From positions 34,635 to 98,634 of IMG/VR virus record IMGVR_UViG_3300006990_004842: a stretch of 64,000 nt of DNA, one strand, 5' to 3'. Below are positions 29,342-38,828 of this stretch, piece by piece. The number at the start of each line of letters is the position of its first letter. Position 1 is the first letter of the stretch. The notes under the pieces are model-generated. The model worked only from the letters and a program-made list of their open reading frames with translations, searched no databases and had not been told where the DNA came from. The stretch comes from a virus. The position numbers and the translations under genes were made by a program.

Positions 29342-32300
29342 TATACTGTTCCCTTATTAAGTGTTAACTGTGCCCATTGCTCTCTACCAGCACCTGCCTG
29401 TGTAGGTATAATACTGATGCTTGTAGAATTAGCATGTCCACTTCTTCTAAATGCAATTAAATCTTCTGGCGTTCTAATCATTCCGGTTTTTCTATTTGGT
29501 ATATGCATTAACAACAATGCATCAAAATGATCTCTGTCTTGGTACCAACGTAAATTTTGTGCCAAGTAAGAATCTTCAATTGCAGTTAAATCCTGGCTGG
29601 TTGCTATTGTATCTATTACAGGACCTGCAAAATTCTCTAAATCCATAACTAATAATTCTGTAGCAATAGCCTTTCTAACTTTTTGATTGTTTACATCTGT
29701 TGGAGGTAAATCAATATTAAGTGCTTTTACAAATGCAGGCAAACCTAAACTTCCACCTACTCCGCCAATGCTTTGCATTACTGTTGGAATACTTTCAGCA
29801 TATTTGTCCAACACTGCACGTTTGGCTTTTTGGCTACCGCCGCCATATCCAATACGGCCTCCGCTACTAGATAATGCCGCCTTGAGCTCAACTTTACCAA
29901 TGCCCTCAATTTCCAAGTCACCTTCACCTTCTGCTAAACGTATTTGATTACTCAAACATGCAAGAGCATATTCACCTGGACCTTTTTGTTTTTTACCCAC
30001 ACCATAATCTGCCAATGCAATAAATGCATTAATTGCTGTATCATCACCGAACACACTTTGGAATGTGTTAATTGGCTGTGCTAATTCTTTTAGGTTTACA
30101 ATAGTACCAGTTGTTTCTAGTCTCTTTAAGAACTTGTTCATGGTGCCATAGTCGCTGTCTATGCCGCCAATTATTCTAGTCATGTCTTGAATAACTTTTG
30201 CTTTTTCTTTTTCTGGCATAAGTTCGTCTGCAACACCTTTTTGGAATGCAACACCCATTGTACTATCAATATGTTCGCTATTGAGCAGTTTATAAATTCT
30301 ATCTAATAACTGTGCATGTGCTTCGTTGCTGGCATCCAATCCGCTGATTGTTTTAATGATATTTTCTTTTTCAGAACCTAAATCATCATACTCATTGACA
30401 GTGATATATCTGTTTTCTTTGAGAGACTTTTTCAATCTCTTTTGATCGTCTTTGTGTAACATATCCATATAACCTTTTACTATGTGTCTGAGATCAGCAT
30501 TATCACCATTTTGTGCTCTGGCAGTTTTGAAATCTCTTATCATTGAAGGGACTGGCAACACAAAATAAACTTCCATTTGTGCTTTCAGGTCACTTGCTAG
30601 TATAGGTTCTTTTAATAATTTTGTCAACTTATGTATTTTATCATTGTTAGGCACACTTTCGCCTAAGTCTATTTTTTGTAAAGGTAAGTCTGTAAAGCCA
30701 CCTCTGTTATATGCATCAACTAATGCGTTTGCTAGTTCTATTGCAGATGCTCCCAAGTCTTCTGCTTTTCCATTGAGCACACCTACCATATGTCCTACTT
30801 TACCGTTTTCACTTGGTATAACCACAAACTTGTCAAAATTTTGTCCTGGTGCAATTTTTCTACTAACAGGAACATCAACTGCTTTGTGATATTTGTCTTT
30901 GCCTTTTTGTGCTCTACGTCTATCTAACGAATTACTAACATCGCCTTCGTTTTTCTTTTTACCAGCACAATGAGCCTTTTGACTAAACCCTTTTGGATTT
31001 GAACAATTGATACTATTCTTATACTTTTTGCTCCATGCTTCATTTATTTTGTTAGCATCTACTTTGTCTAACAACTGTAATTTTTCAATCAGTGGTAACT
31101 TATCAAATTTAGTAAATACACTTTCCCATGTCATGGCGTTTCTACCTAATTCTAATGCTTGTTGTATGTCTACTGGTTCTCTTCTACCTGCACCAGTTGC
31201 ATTCTTTTTCATGGCTCGCAATACTGAAAGTTTATAATTCTCACTAAAGCCACCAACCAAAAATTTGACTAGTCTATTTACATCTGCTTGTACCATATAG
31301 TTTTGCATGCCGTTTTGCATCATCTCATCAAATATTTCGTAGTTGCCTCTGGCTTCTTGATAACTGGTATCAGTGAGTTCAATGCTGTCTAGTTCTCCAA
31401 CATTAGCACTTGATCTGTTAGTGTACAAACCGCCAATGTCATCGCCTGGCTTACCCTCTGCATCTTTTCTAAAATAGTTTCCGCCACTTACCATATAATT
31501 TTGTTCAATATATTGCTTGGCTAATTTAACTGCAGATACAAATCTTTCCATGCCAAATCCTTCGGCACCTGGCATATCATTGCTGTTATATGAATCAGTA
31601 ACTCTCTTTAACAAATTTATACCTTGTTTTTCAACACCAGCATCAATTTTGAGATAATTTGCTAATTGTATATAGTTAGCATACTGTTCTATAGTATTAG
31701 AACTTGAACCTTCGTAGTCTAAAACATCTGCATGGATAGGTATTTGTCTCTCTATACTGTTGAGATACTCTTGCTCTTTTGCTTTTGCCTTACTTGCTAG
31801 TTTAGGATTATTAACTTTCCATGATACTGCGGAAGAAGGGCTAAACGGTTCACCAAAAGGTCCCTGCATGTCATCTGATGGTAATAACGGATCAGGTCCC
31901 ATACCAGTTCTACCATCGCCCAAATTTTTATCAATATTGACTCTGGCATCTTTTAATTTTTGTTTTAGATCTTCTTTATTGATATCAACAAAGTAATCAT
32001 CAATTTGCTGAAAGTGAACAGAATACAAGTCCCTGAATTTGTCTAGTATATTTTTTGCAACACTTTCTCTCCAAGTACCTTTATAATTGTCACTCTTGCT
32101 CACCTCATACGCATCAAGTGCTGTAAAGTAATGAGCATTAGGTATTACTAATACATCTCCTCGTTCACTGCGATATGAGTTCCTTCCAGGTTCAGTATAA
32201 CGATATATGGTTCGATCATCGATATTTGTGCCTCTTTTCAAATCGCTGGCAAATGAATTACTAATAAAAACATTGCCGCCAAAATCATATGTATTAATAG

Positions 32301-35300
32301 TGCCTACATATTTTGCACCATGCTTTTTCTTGAATTCTTTTTCTTTGTCATCTAATTTACGTTTTTGATCAAGTGCTTTTTGTTGGCTATCAAAACCTAA
32401 CTTTTGTGAAATCTTGTCAAATTCTTCTAAGAACTCTTGTATAACATCTAATCTGCCTTGAACAAGTGCTTGTACAGGACGAACCTTATCGTAATAGTCC
32501 TTACCGTGCCTTATTTTATTAGTGTAATATCTTTCAAATGAACTTGAAATATAATTTTGAATATTGTCTCTTAATCTATGTGCAACAGGTTCGCCAAAAG
32601 GATCTGGTCGATTTATAGCATCTAATGCATCAGTTAAGTTATTTGCTACTCCTCTACGCATACCCAAAAATTCTGGACCGTCATAATCATCTTTGAATTC
32701 TGTATCTTCAATACCTTCTCCTGCCATTATTTCTGCCAGTTTATCATCTGTATCGGCTTTGTTCATGTCAATAAGATATTCCACCAAGTCACCAATTTCT
32801 TTCATAGTGTCGTGGTATACTGAAGGATTTTCTTCTTTGATATCTTCCAGGTGTTCCCAACGCATTCTCAACTTTTGCATGATTTTACTCAATGCATTTT
32901 CTCTATAACTATCATCGCCGGTTAAATTAGGATTATGTTTTCTTGATACTGGGTGGTTCCATTCTGGATACTGCTTGAGGTGATCCATGAATTTATTAAA
33001 TGCTTTTTTATTATATGGTGTTCCTGGTTCAAATAAAGGACCATAACTATAAGAACCACTTACCAGGTGTCTATGAAACTCTTTGTATTCCCTACCAATA
33101 GTACCCATATCATCTAGCATAATAGCCAATCTATCTTGCTTAGAGTCAGTGTTAGTGCCAGGCATTGCATCAGCACCCATCTTAATAAACTGTTTTGACT
33201 GCTCACTGTCTTTGATTTCTTCACTGTTTACAGCATGCCACATACCTTGTATTGCACGTTCTACATGTGATATGCTTATGTACTCAGGTTCTTTAAGAAC
33301 ATCCTTCTTGAATAATCGATCAACTCCGTTTTTGATTCTTTGAAAACGTTGACTGGGTTTAATTTTTGTATGTCTATCTGCACTAATTGTAATTTCGTCC
33401 TCAACATCTTTCATTATCTTATCAAATTGTTGATAGTTAAGTTCAAAGTCTTTTAATGTGTTTCTCAATATACCAATTGTCTTTGCATTTACAGGTTTAC
33501 GATTTAGATTTTGACTTAGATCATATCCTGCTTGAGCAACACTTAACACAAATCCTCTTTGTGCTTTGCTTAAATAATATGGTGCATTTCTGCTTGGTGC
33601 TGTTGCATCAGGTTTCATGTAACCTCTTATAGGTTCACCTTCTGTAACTTCTTCTATCTCAACTTTTTCACCAGTGGCTTTTTCATAATCTGCAATCTTT
33701 TGTTTCCACTTTTCATCTGCACCCGGTGCTGATGCTTCTTTGTATCTTTCAAGCATTTCAAATGCACCAGTAAGATAATGCATGTACTTGACAAAATTTT
33801 CTTTACCAAAGAAATTTTTCAATGCATCTATTGCAGGATGATCAACTTTACCCTTTACACTTTCCTCATCGTCTGCAGATATTTTACCAACATTATTAAT
33901 TAATCTAAACAGTGCTTTGACATAATCACCTTTATATGCTGTTTCGCTGTATGCCGCAGATAATGTTGTAGCATAACGTACAACTGCTTTCATGGTAGTT
34001 GGAAAATCATTATGATAGTCATGTCCGCCACCAATTCTAAATTCTATAAGTTGATTTTTTGTATCGCCGTCTAATTGGTCTTTGAAATTTATAGCAGTAA
34101 ATTTGTCACCCTGAATACCTGATGCTAAAATTTGTTCTATATTTTGAATTGTTTTGACATTATCAGGGTCTGCTTTTAACTTGTAGGCTAATTTTTCCAA
34201 ACTGGCCATTTGACTTTTTGCATAACTGTTACCCTTTCTGCCAAATGTACTGAGTAGATATTTGTCACCTAATAATATTGCTAACTTAACTTTATTAACA
34301 GTGATGCCGTTTGCATAGTCGTCATCATTCTTGCCTGCATAACTCATAGTGACATGCAAACCTGTTGAATTGTTTGTTTCTACATTATTTTGCTGTAGCA
34401 TATCAAACAAACTTTTCATTTCTGTAAGCATTGTACGTGGTGTTTCGTACACAGGAGAAATAATTTCTGCACCTGTGCCGTAACTGTCAATAGAGCTATC
34501 AGATTCTACACGCCAATATGTTTGATTAGCACCATAATAACTGTGATAATCTCCGTATCGTACTTCACTGCGTTCACTATTGTCATCAGCCCAAGTTTCT
34601 ACGTATTCAGAAACTTCTGCAAGGCCGCGGCCTTCCCCATCAGGATTACTCAAATAGTAACCATGTTCACTTAGTGTACTACTCCAACTACCATATTCGT
34701 CATTAGCCCAAGTATCTATGTCGTTTTCTTCACCTGCAATTTCATAGGCTCTGTCCATTGCTTCGCCTTCATCACGAATTGTTTCTTCAAGCCAATCTAG
34801 ATATTCTGCTTCGTATTCTTCTTCTACAAATTCTCTGACCCAGTTCATATAATTCCAACCATCTTCTTCGCGGTTTTGGAATTCTACAGGATCGTCTTCT
34901 TCAAATTCTGCTTTGTATTGTTCTACTGCTTCACTGCTGGGACCACTAGAACTATCTATAAAATCATTTAACTCATTTTCTTCTTCTTTGCGATCTGCTA
35001 CTAATTCGTCTATGACATCTTGCTCGTAATCCATGGCTTTTTCACCGAGCCATTCTTGATAACTTTCGTTTATCTCTTGTACAGCACGGCGGCCCTCTTG
35101 GTCATTAAGAAAATCTTCAATGTCATACCAATTATATTCATATAACCAATCGTCTTCATCGTTGGTATCTGATATGCCTTCCCAACTAGTTTCTGCTTCA
35201 AAGCCACACTTGATCGGCAAGTCTAATGCTTCTTTGGCAAGTTTTTTGTTGTTGAAATTAATTTCAAACAGTTGTTCTTTGCCTTGCTCTATGAGTTTAT

Positions 35301-35775
35301 TTTTACGTATTAATTTTTTGATTTTTCTGTGTAAACGATTTTTCTTGTCTGTTTTGTTTAACAGTTTGTTTATTTTGCTACTGCTTTCTTGTGCATAATC
35401 TGGATTATTGATATTCAATTCGTCGTCTGCATCTACAACAGAATATTTTTTATTCTTTGGATCTTGTACAACAACTGCGTCTGGATTTGGTCCATCGCCA
35501 ATTGAAGTTTTTACAACACCTAATTCATTGCCTTTATCATCATAGTATGAATCACCTTGTCCTAGTTCTCCTGCTTTTGCAGGCACAAATGGTTGTATAG
35601 GATCTTTAGGTTGAACGCCTGTGGTTACAGGACTAGATTTAGGTGGATTTGTATTTGGACTTTTTGCTTTAGGTTTTTGACTTGCTGTGCCACCTTTGTT
35701 ATAGGTAGGTGCTCCTGGCGTTGCACCATATTCTTTAAGAACGTGTTCTATTGTTTTAATATTCCTAAATTTCAT
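29341..35775 (-). CDS. Giant multidomain protein: amidoligase (COOH-NH2 ligase) domain, basic two-Cys cassette and C-terminal PD-(D/E)XK-like domain
   Basis: CGFEAE, GAEIISP, STGLHV, KFTAINF, IEFR (about 33960-35210). GPGE...GD......VELK near the C-terminus. Confidence 0.65.
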   Translation of the reverse strand: MKFRNIKTIEHVLKEYGATPGAPTYNKGGTASQKPKAKSPNTNPPKSSPVTTGVQPKDPIQPFVPAKAGELGQGDSYYDDKGNELGVVKTSIGDGPNPDAVVVQDPKNKKYSVVDADDELNINNPDYAQESSSKINKLLNKTDKKNRLHRKIKKLIRKNKLIEQGKEQLFEINFNNKKLAKEALDLPIKCGFEAETSWEGISDTNDEDDWLYEYNWYDIEDFLNDQEGRRAVQEINESYQEWLGEKAMDYEQDVIDELVADRKEEENELNDFIDSSSGPSSEAVEQYKAEFEEDDPVEFQNREEDGWNYMNWVREFVEEEYEAEYLDWLEETIRDEGEAMDRAYEIAGEENDIDTWANDEYGSWSSTLSEHGYYLSNPDGEGRGLAEVSEYVETWADDNSERSEVRYGDYHSYYGANQTYWRVESDSSIDSYGTGAEIISPVYETPRTMLTEMKSLFDMLQQNNVETNNSTGLHVTMSYAGKNDDDYANGITVNKVKLAILLGDKYLLSTFGRKGNSYAKSQMASLEKLAYKLKADPDNVKTIQNIEQILASGIQGDKFTAINFKDQLDGDTKNQLIEFRIGGGHDYHNDFPTTMKAVVRYATTLSAAYSETAYKGDYVKALFRLINNVGKISADDEESVKGKVDHPAIDALKNFFGKENFVKYMHYLTGAFEMLERYKEASAPGADEKWKQKIADYEKATGEKVEIEEVTEGEPIRGYMKPDATAPSRNAPYYLSKAQRGFVLSVAQAGYDLSQNLNRKPVNAKTIGILRNTLKDFELNYQQFDKIMKDVEDEITISADRHTKIKPSQRFQRIKNGVDRLFKKDVLKEPEYISISHVERAIQGMWHAVNSEEIKDSEQSKQFIKMGADAMPGTNTDSKQDRLAIMLDDMGTIGREYKEFHRHLVSGSYSYGPLFEPGTPYNKKAFNKFMDHLKQYPEWNHPVSRKHNPNLTGDDSYRENALSKIMQKLRMRWEHLEDIKEENPSVYHDTMKEIGDLVEYLIDMNKADTDDKLAEIMAGEGIEDTEFKDDYDGPEFLGMRRGVANNLTDALDAINRPDPFGEPVAHRLRDNIQNYISSSFERYYTNKIRHGKDYYDKVRPVQALVQGRLDVIQEFLEEFDKISQKLGFDSQQKALDQKRKLDDKEKEFKKKHGAKYVGTINTYDFGGNVFISNSFASDLKRGTNIDDRTIYRYTEPGRNSYRSERGDVLVIPNAHYFTALDAYEVSKSDNYKGTWRESVAKNILDKFRDLYSVHFQQIDDYFVDINKEDLKQKLKDARVNIDKNLGDGRTGMGPDPLLPSDDMQGPFGEPFSPSSAVSWKVNNPKLASKAKAKEQEYLNSIERQIPIHADVLDYEGSSSNTIEQYANYIQLANYLKIDAGVEKQGINLLKRVTDSYNSNDMPGAEGFGMERFVSAVKLAKQYIEQNYMVSGGNYFRKDAEGKPGDDIGGLYTNRSSANVGELDSIELTDTSYQEARGNYEIFDEMMQNGMQNYMVQADVNRLVKFLVGGFSENYKLSVLRAMKKNATGAGRREPVDIQQALELGRNAMTWESVFTKFDKLPLIEKLQLLDKVDANKINEAWSKKYKNSINCSNPKGFSQKAHCAGKKKNEGDVSNSLDRRRAQKGKDKYHKAVDVPVSRKIAPGQNFDKFVVIPSENGKVGHMVGVLNGKAEDLGASAIELANALVDAYNRGGFTDLPLQKIDLGESVPNNDKIHKLTKLLKEPILASDLKAQMEVYFVLPVPSMIRDFKTARAQNGDNADLRHIVKGYMDMLHKDDQKRLKKSLKENRYITVNEYDDLGSEKENIIKTISGLDASNEAHAQLLDRIYKLLNSEHIDSTMGVAFQKGVADELMPEKEKAKVIQDMTRIIGGIDSDYGTMNKFLKRLETTGTIVNLKELAQPINTFQSVFGDDTAINAFIALADYGVGKKQKGPGEYALACLSNQIRLAEGEGDLEIEGIGKVELKAALSSSGGRIGYGGGSQKAKRAVLDKYAESIPTVMQSIGGVGGSLGLPAFVKALNIDLPPTDVNNQKVRKAIATELLVMDLENFAGPVIDTIATSQDLTAIEDSYLAQNLRWYQDRDHFDALLLMHIPNRKTGMIRTPEDLIAFRRSGHANSTSISIIPTQAGAGREQWAQLTLNKGTV

Positions 35776-36050
35776 CGATTTAACATTCTCAATCTACGAC
35801 TTGCTGAACTAAACTTTTTAGTCCTTTGGGATTTTCTAGCCATCCTGCCGCCAAACTTTGCTTTGTTTCTTTTCAACGTCAAACGTTTTTTCATATTGAT
35901 AGGAGCACTACACTGACTTGCTGTTGCTACTACGCGGCCTTTGCGTCTGCCACTAGTACATCTTACAGCACGTTTAATTTTATTACCAACTTTACGCCAT
36001 ACCATTCTGGCTTCTAATAGATTTTCTTCTGTTAGTTGTTCGTACTTCAT
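35772..36050 (-). CDS. Very basic small protein with internal-protein-like leader
   Basis: MKYEQLTEENLLE followed by a K/R-rich segment with two Cys. Confidence 0.7.
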   Translation of the reverse strand: MKYEQLTEENLLEARMVWRKVGNKIKRAVRCTSGRRKGRVVATASQCSAPINMKKRLTLKRNKAKFGGRMARKSQRTKKFSSASRRLRMLNR

Positions 36051-36298
36051 CCCATCATTCTCATTATTAATCCACCTACTGTTGCAAGTAAAGTGGTAAC
36101 TGTAATGCCTACAATAGCAACAATCCAACTTTCTAATTTATTGAACCTTGCCTTACTATCCTCTTTGAATTCTCTTAATTCAGTTGTGATATTTTCTATA
36201 CGCAACATATCAGCAATGATGTGTGCTTCTAAATTACCATTCTCGATATATTTTGGCTCTTGTTCAACTTTAATCTTTGGTTCTGCTTTGCGTGGCAT
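36047..36298 (-). CDS. Small membrane protein (coiled coil plus C-terminal TM; XhlA/holin-like topology)
   Basis: Hydrophobic tail WIVAIVGITVTTLLATVGGLIM. Confidence 0.55.
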   Translation of the reverse strand: MPRKAEPKIKVEQEPKYIENGNLEAHIIADMLRIENITTELREFKEDSKARFNKLESWIVAIVGITVTTLLATVGGLIMRMMG

Positions 36299-36306
36299 AA
36301 CTTATC

Positions 36307-36711
36307 CTATAATAATTCTTGTTTAGTGAATTCCATATTAACTGAACTCGTTGTGTCTACTGTGCCATCATTTAGAACTATACCATCAAGTTCATTTTTT
36401 AATGTATCAATTGTGTGTACGTCTTCCCTTTCAAAAGCAAACTTAAAAATCCAGCCTGCTCCTGTTAAAGAAGGTGCTCCAAAATTTTCTAATACATTTG
36501 CACCAACACCATTTAATTCTACTGGATTATTCATCACAACTGGTTGAGCTCTTAATCCAATTACTTGAACAACACTTTCAAAATCCTTTTGTGTGTCGTC
36601 CGCATAATTACCTGTGCGTGTGATGTCTAATTTTGTAAACAATGAATAAAACTGAATGTTACCTGATACCACTTCAGAACTTCCCATTGCTCCGCTTCTT
36701 TGTCCAACCAT
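36307..36711 (-). CDS. Putative virion protein
   Basis: Has its own late box (36732-36739) and an AGGAG SD. Confidence 0.6.
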   Translation of the reverse strand: MVGQRSGAMGSSEVVSGNIQFYSLFTKLDITRTGNYADDTQKDFESVVQVIGLRAQPVVMNNPVELNGVGANVLENFGAPSLTGAGWIFKFAFEREDVHTIDTLKNELDGIVLNDGTVDTTSSVNMEFTKQELL

Positions 36712-36771
36712 ATGTGTCTCCTGTATTACACTATTTATCAGATCTGAATCAAGAAAAGACAGCCAAAAGAA

Positions 36772-36790
36772 AAGGGTCTAAACGACCCTT
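36772..36790 (-). terminator. Intrinsic terminator
   Basis: AAGGGTC-N5-GACCCTT hairpin followed by a U-rich tract on minus. Confidence 0.65.
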
Positions 36791-36845
36791 CTCAAATTTG
36801 TGCATAACGCACGATCCCTAAGGTATTAGGATTTGTTTAGTAATC

Positions 36846-37088
36846 TTAACTAAATGTTGCGATTACTGTAGTACCTGTGATTGAAGGTGTTGCGCCTGCG
36901 CCTTGTACAGCGATATGACTACCACTTACTAAACCTTCTACTGCTACAACTACGAAGCCTTCGTTTTGTGCTTCAGCACATGCCGCTTCAACTGTTACTG
37001 CTGTTACGTCATCTACTTCTAAGATGTGAGTTGTACCTACGAAACCGTTTGCCGCTCTAACTGCCGCGTTTGGATTTGCTTGTGCCAT
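36846..37088 (-). CDS. Small Ala/Val-rich putative virion (decoration) protein
   Basis: Late box at 37142-37149 and strong AGGAGA SD. Confidence 0.65.
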   Translation of the reverse strand: MAQANPNAAVRAANGFVGTTHILEVDDVTAVTVEAACAEAQNEGFVVVAVEGLVSGSHIAVQGAGATPSITGTTVIATFS

Positions 37089-37162
37089 TTTTATTCTCCT
37101 GAAAATGTTTTAATTGAGTAAAAATATTACTCTGTTACACTTATTTATCTTTTTAGTCAAAA

Positions 37163-37188
37163 AAATACCCGCTATATAGCGGGTATTT
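37163..37188 (-). terminator. Intrinsic terminator
   Basis: AAATACCCGCTA/TAGCGGGTATTT palindrome plus T-run on minus. Confidence 0.8.
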
Positions 37189-37204
37189 AATTAATTTTTT
37201 TAAC

Positions 37205-37465
37205 TTAAAATGAGATATCTGCAATAACGTGACCTGCAATGTCGCCGTTTGCTAAATTGTCTGCGCCTTCAAGTATCATGTTTACTACAGCACCGTTTAC
37301 TGCGCCTACTTTTAATACTGAAAGATTTAAGTTTTGAACTGAGCTAACCAATGCTGTGTATTGAGTTGCTGAAATGTTTCCTGATTGCTGAGTAAAACTC
37401 TTAAGAAATACATCCTTACCAATAAACTCGCCAGCCTCTGCCGCTCTTCTATCTACTTGTGCCAT
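37205..37465 (-). CDS. Small putative virion protein (possible paralog of 36846-37088)
   Basis: Near-identical translation start region AGGAGAATAAAA(A)ATGGCACA. Late box at 37511-37518. Confidence 0.65.
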   Translation of the reverse strand: MAQVDRRAAEAGEFIGKDVFLKSFTQQSGNISATQYTALVSSVQNLNLSVLKVGAVNGAVVNMILEGADNLANGDIAGHVIADISF

Positions 37466-37527
37466 TTTTATTCTCCTAAATAAATGCAAGTGCTTTGCAC
37501 TCTATACATATATTTATCAAAAATTAA

Positions 37528-38115
37528 CTATTTTTTAGGAGGAGGAGTAAGATTTTTCTTTGCCTTTCTATAGGCATCAATACCTAGGGCGGCTAACTTG
37601 GAAGGAGTTCTACGAATTACGCCTTTGCTTTTATCATCTGCATCTTGTTTAACTGCATCGGCACCTTTACTAATTAAATCAGTAACTGTTTTAACAGGGC
37701 TACCAAATGCCTTATCCACACCATAAGATCTGTAAGGGCCTTGTGGGTTAGCTCTGTCCAACTGATTTAATGATGCTGACTTATTGGATGAGAATTTTTT
37801 ATCCTGTCGTGTACGTATAGTACTGGGTTTATCTTTTTGAGCAGTTGAGCCCGAACCCGAACCCGTTCTAAGATGGCCGTGTGTTTGATCTGACCAACCG
37901 CCTGCTCCCTTGTTTCTTAATTTTTTATCTTCTAATTCTCTGTACCTATCACGTGCTAATTCAGCGGCAACGTCCCATGGTACATTAGCCTTTTGTAATT
38001 CGGCTTGGATAAGATTTGCAAGAACAGTAGATTTTTTATCACCAGCGGCTCGCATTCTATTAAGAATTGGCAAATGCTCGGGCCTTATTGCTTCTGTGAT
38101 CTCGTAAATCTTCAT
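37528..38115 (-). CDS. Basic protein with internal-protein-like leader
   Basis: MKIYEITE leader. Confidence 0.6.
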   Translation of the reverse strand: MKIYEITEAIRPEHLPILNRMRAAGDKKSTVLANLIQAELQKANVPWDVAAELARDRYRELEDKKLRNKGAGGWSDQTHGHLRTGSGSGSTAQKDKPSTIRTRQDKKFSSNKSASLNQLDRANPQGPYRSYGVDKAFGSPVKTVTDLISKGADAVKQDADDKSKGVIRRTPSKLAALGIDAYRKAKKNLTPPPKK

Positions 38116-38828
38116 ACTGTTTTCCTAGACCAAAACTTTTCTATTTTAGAAATACTTGGCTTACTACTGTATTTATCAACAACTGGTTTGGGCTTAGGTG
38201 CCTGCGTCGGCTTTGCTTTAGCAACTGGTCTGTTGATTGCGTCTAGTGATATTAATAATTCACTACCTCTGCCAGTACCACCTCCCATAACACGTAATTC
38301 ATTTTGAAAACGTCTAACCAATGCTCTTCGATTTTGATCATTAAGTCTAGGCCAATCTAATACAGAACGTCTCCAAGTTTTATATCTGCCGTCTGTGATA
38401 CCGAGTTGAGATTCTAACCTAAACAAGTATGTGGTAAGTTCACTGCCATCTACATAGTCTCTTTGTATTCTACGCAAAAAATTGATATGCTTATCTTTAC
38501 TGAATTGCAATCTATCTAAAAACTTTTTGCTGTTTATAGGATCTTTAATGTTGAAGTTATCGTTATCTGGATGGCATATTTGATATGCTAACAAATACAT
38601 ATCAGTGGCATGTGTTCTAAACAGTGAATAAGTGCTGTATTGTGCTGTAGCACTTGCATACTGCTTTGCTGTTTTGTTAAAATCTTTATCTAAGTACAGC
38701 ATAGCCATAATTAAATTGTTCAAGTACATGAGATTAGCAATGTCTTTGCCAGTAAGAGTTGCAAATCGTCTAGTACTTCTAAACAATCTTGATTCTGATA
38801 ATTCTTGATCAATTAATTGGAAGTCCAT
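38112..38828 (-). CDS. Hypothetical protein with leader MDFQLIDQELSE
   Basis: Translationally coupled ORF in the late operon. Confidence 0.6.
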   Translation of the reverse strand: MDFQLIDQELSESRLFRSTRRFATLTGKDIANLMYLNNLIMAMLYLDKDFNKTAKQYASATAQYSTYSLFRTHATDMYLLAYQICHPDNDNFNIKDPINSKKFLDRLQFSKDKHINFLRRIQRDYVDGSELTTYLFRLESQLGITDGRYKTWRRSVLDWPRLNDQNRRALVRRFQNELRVMGGGTGRGSELLISLDAINRPVAKAKPTQAPKPKPVVDKYSSKPSISKIEKFWSRKTV

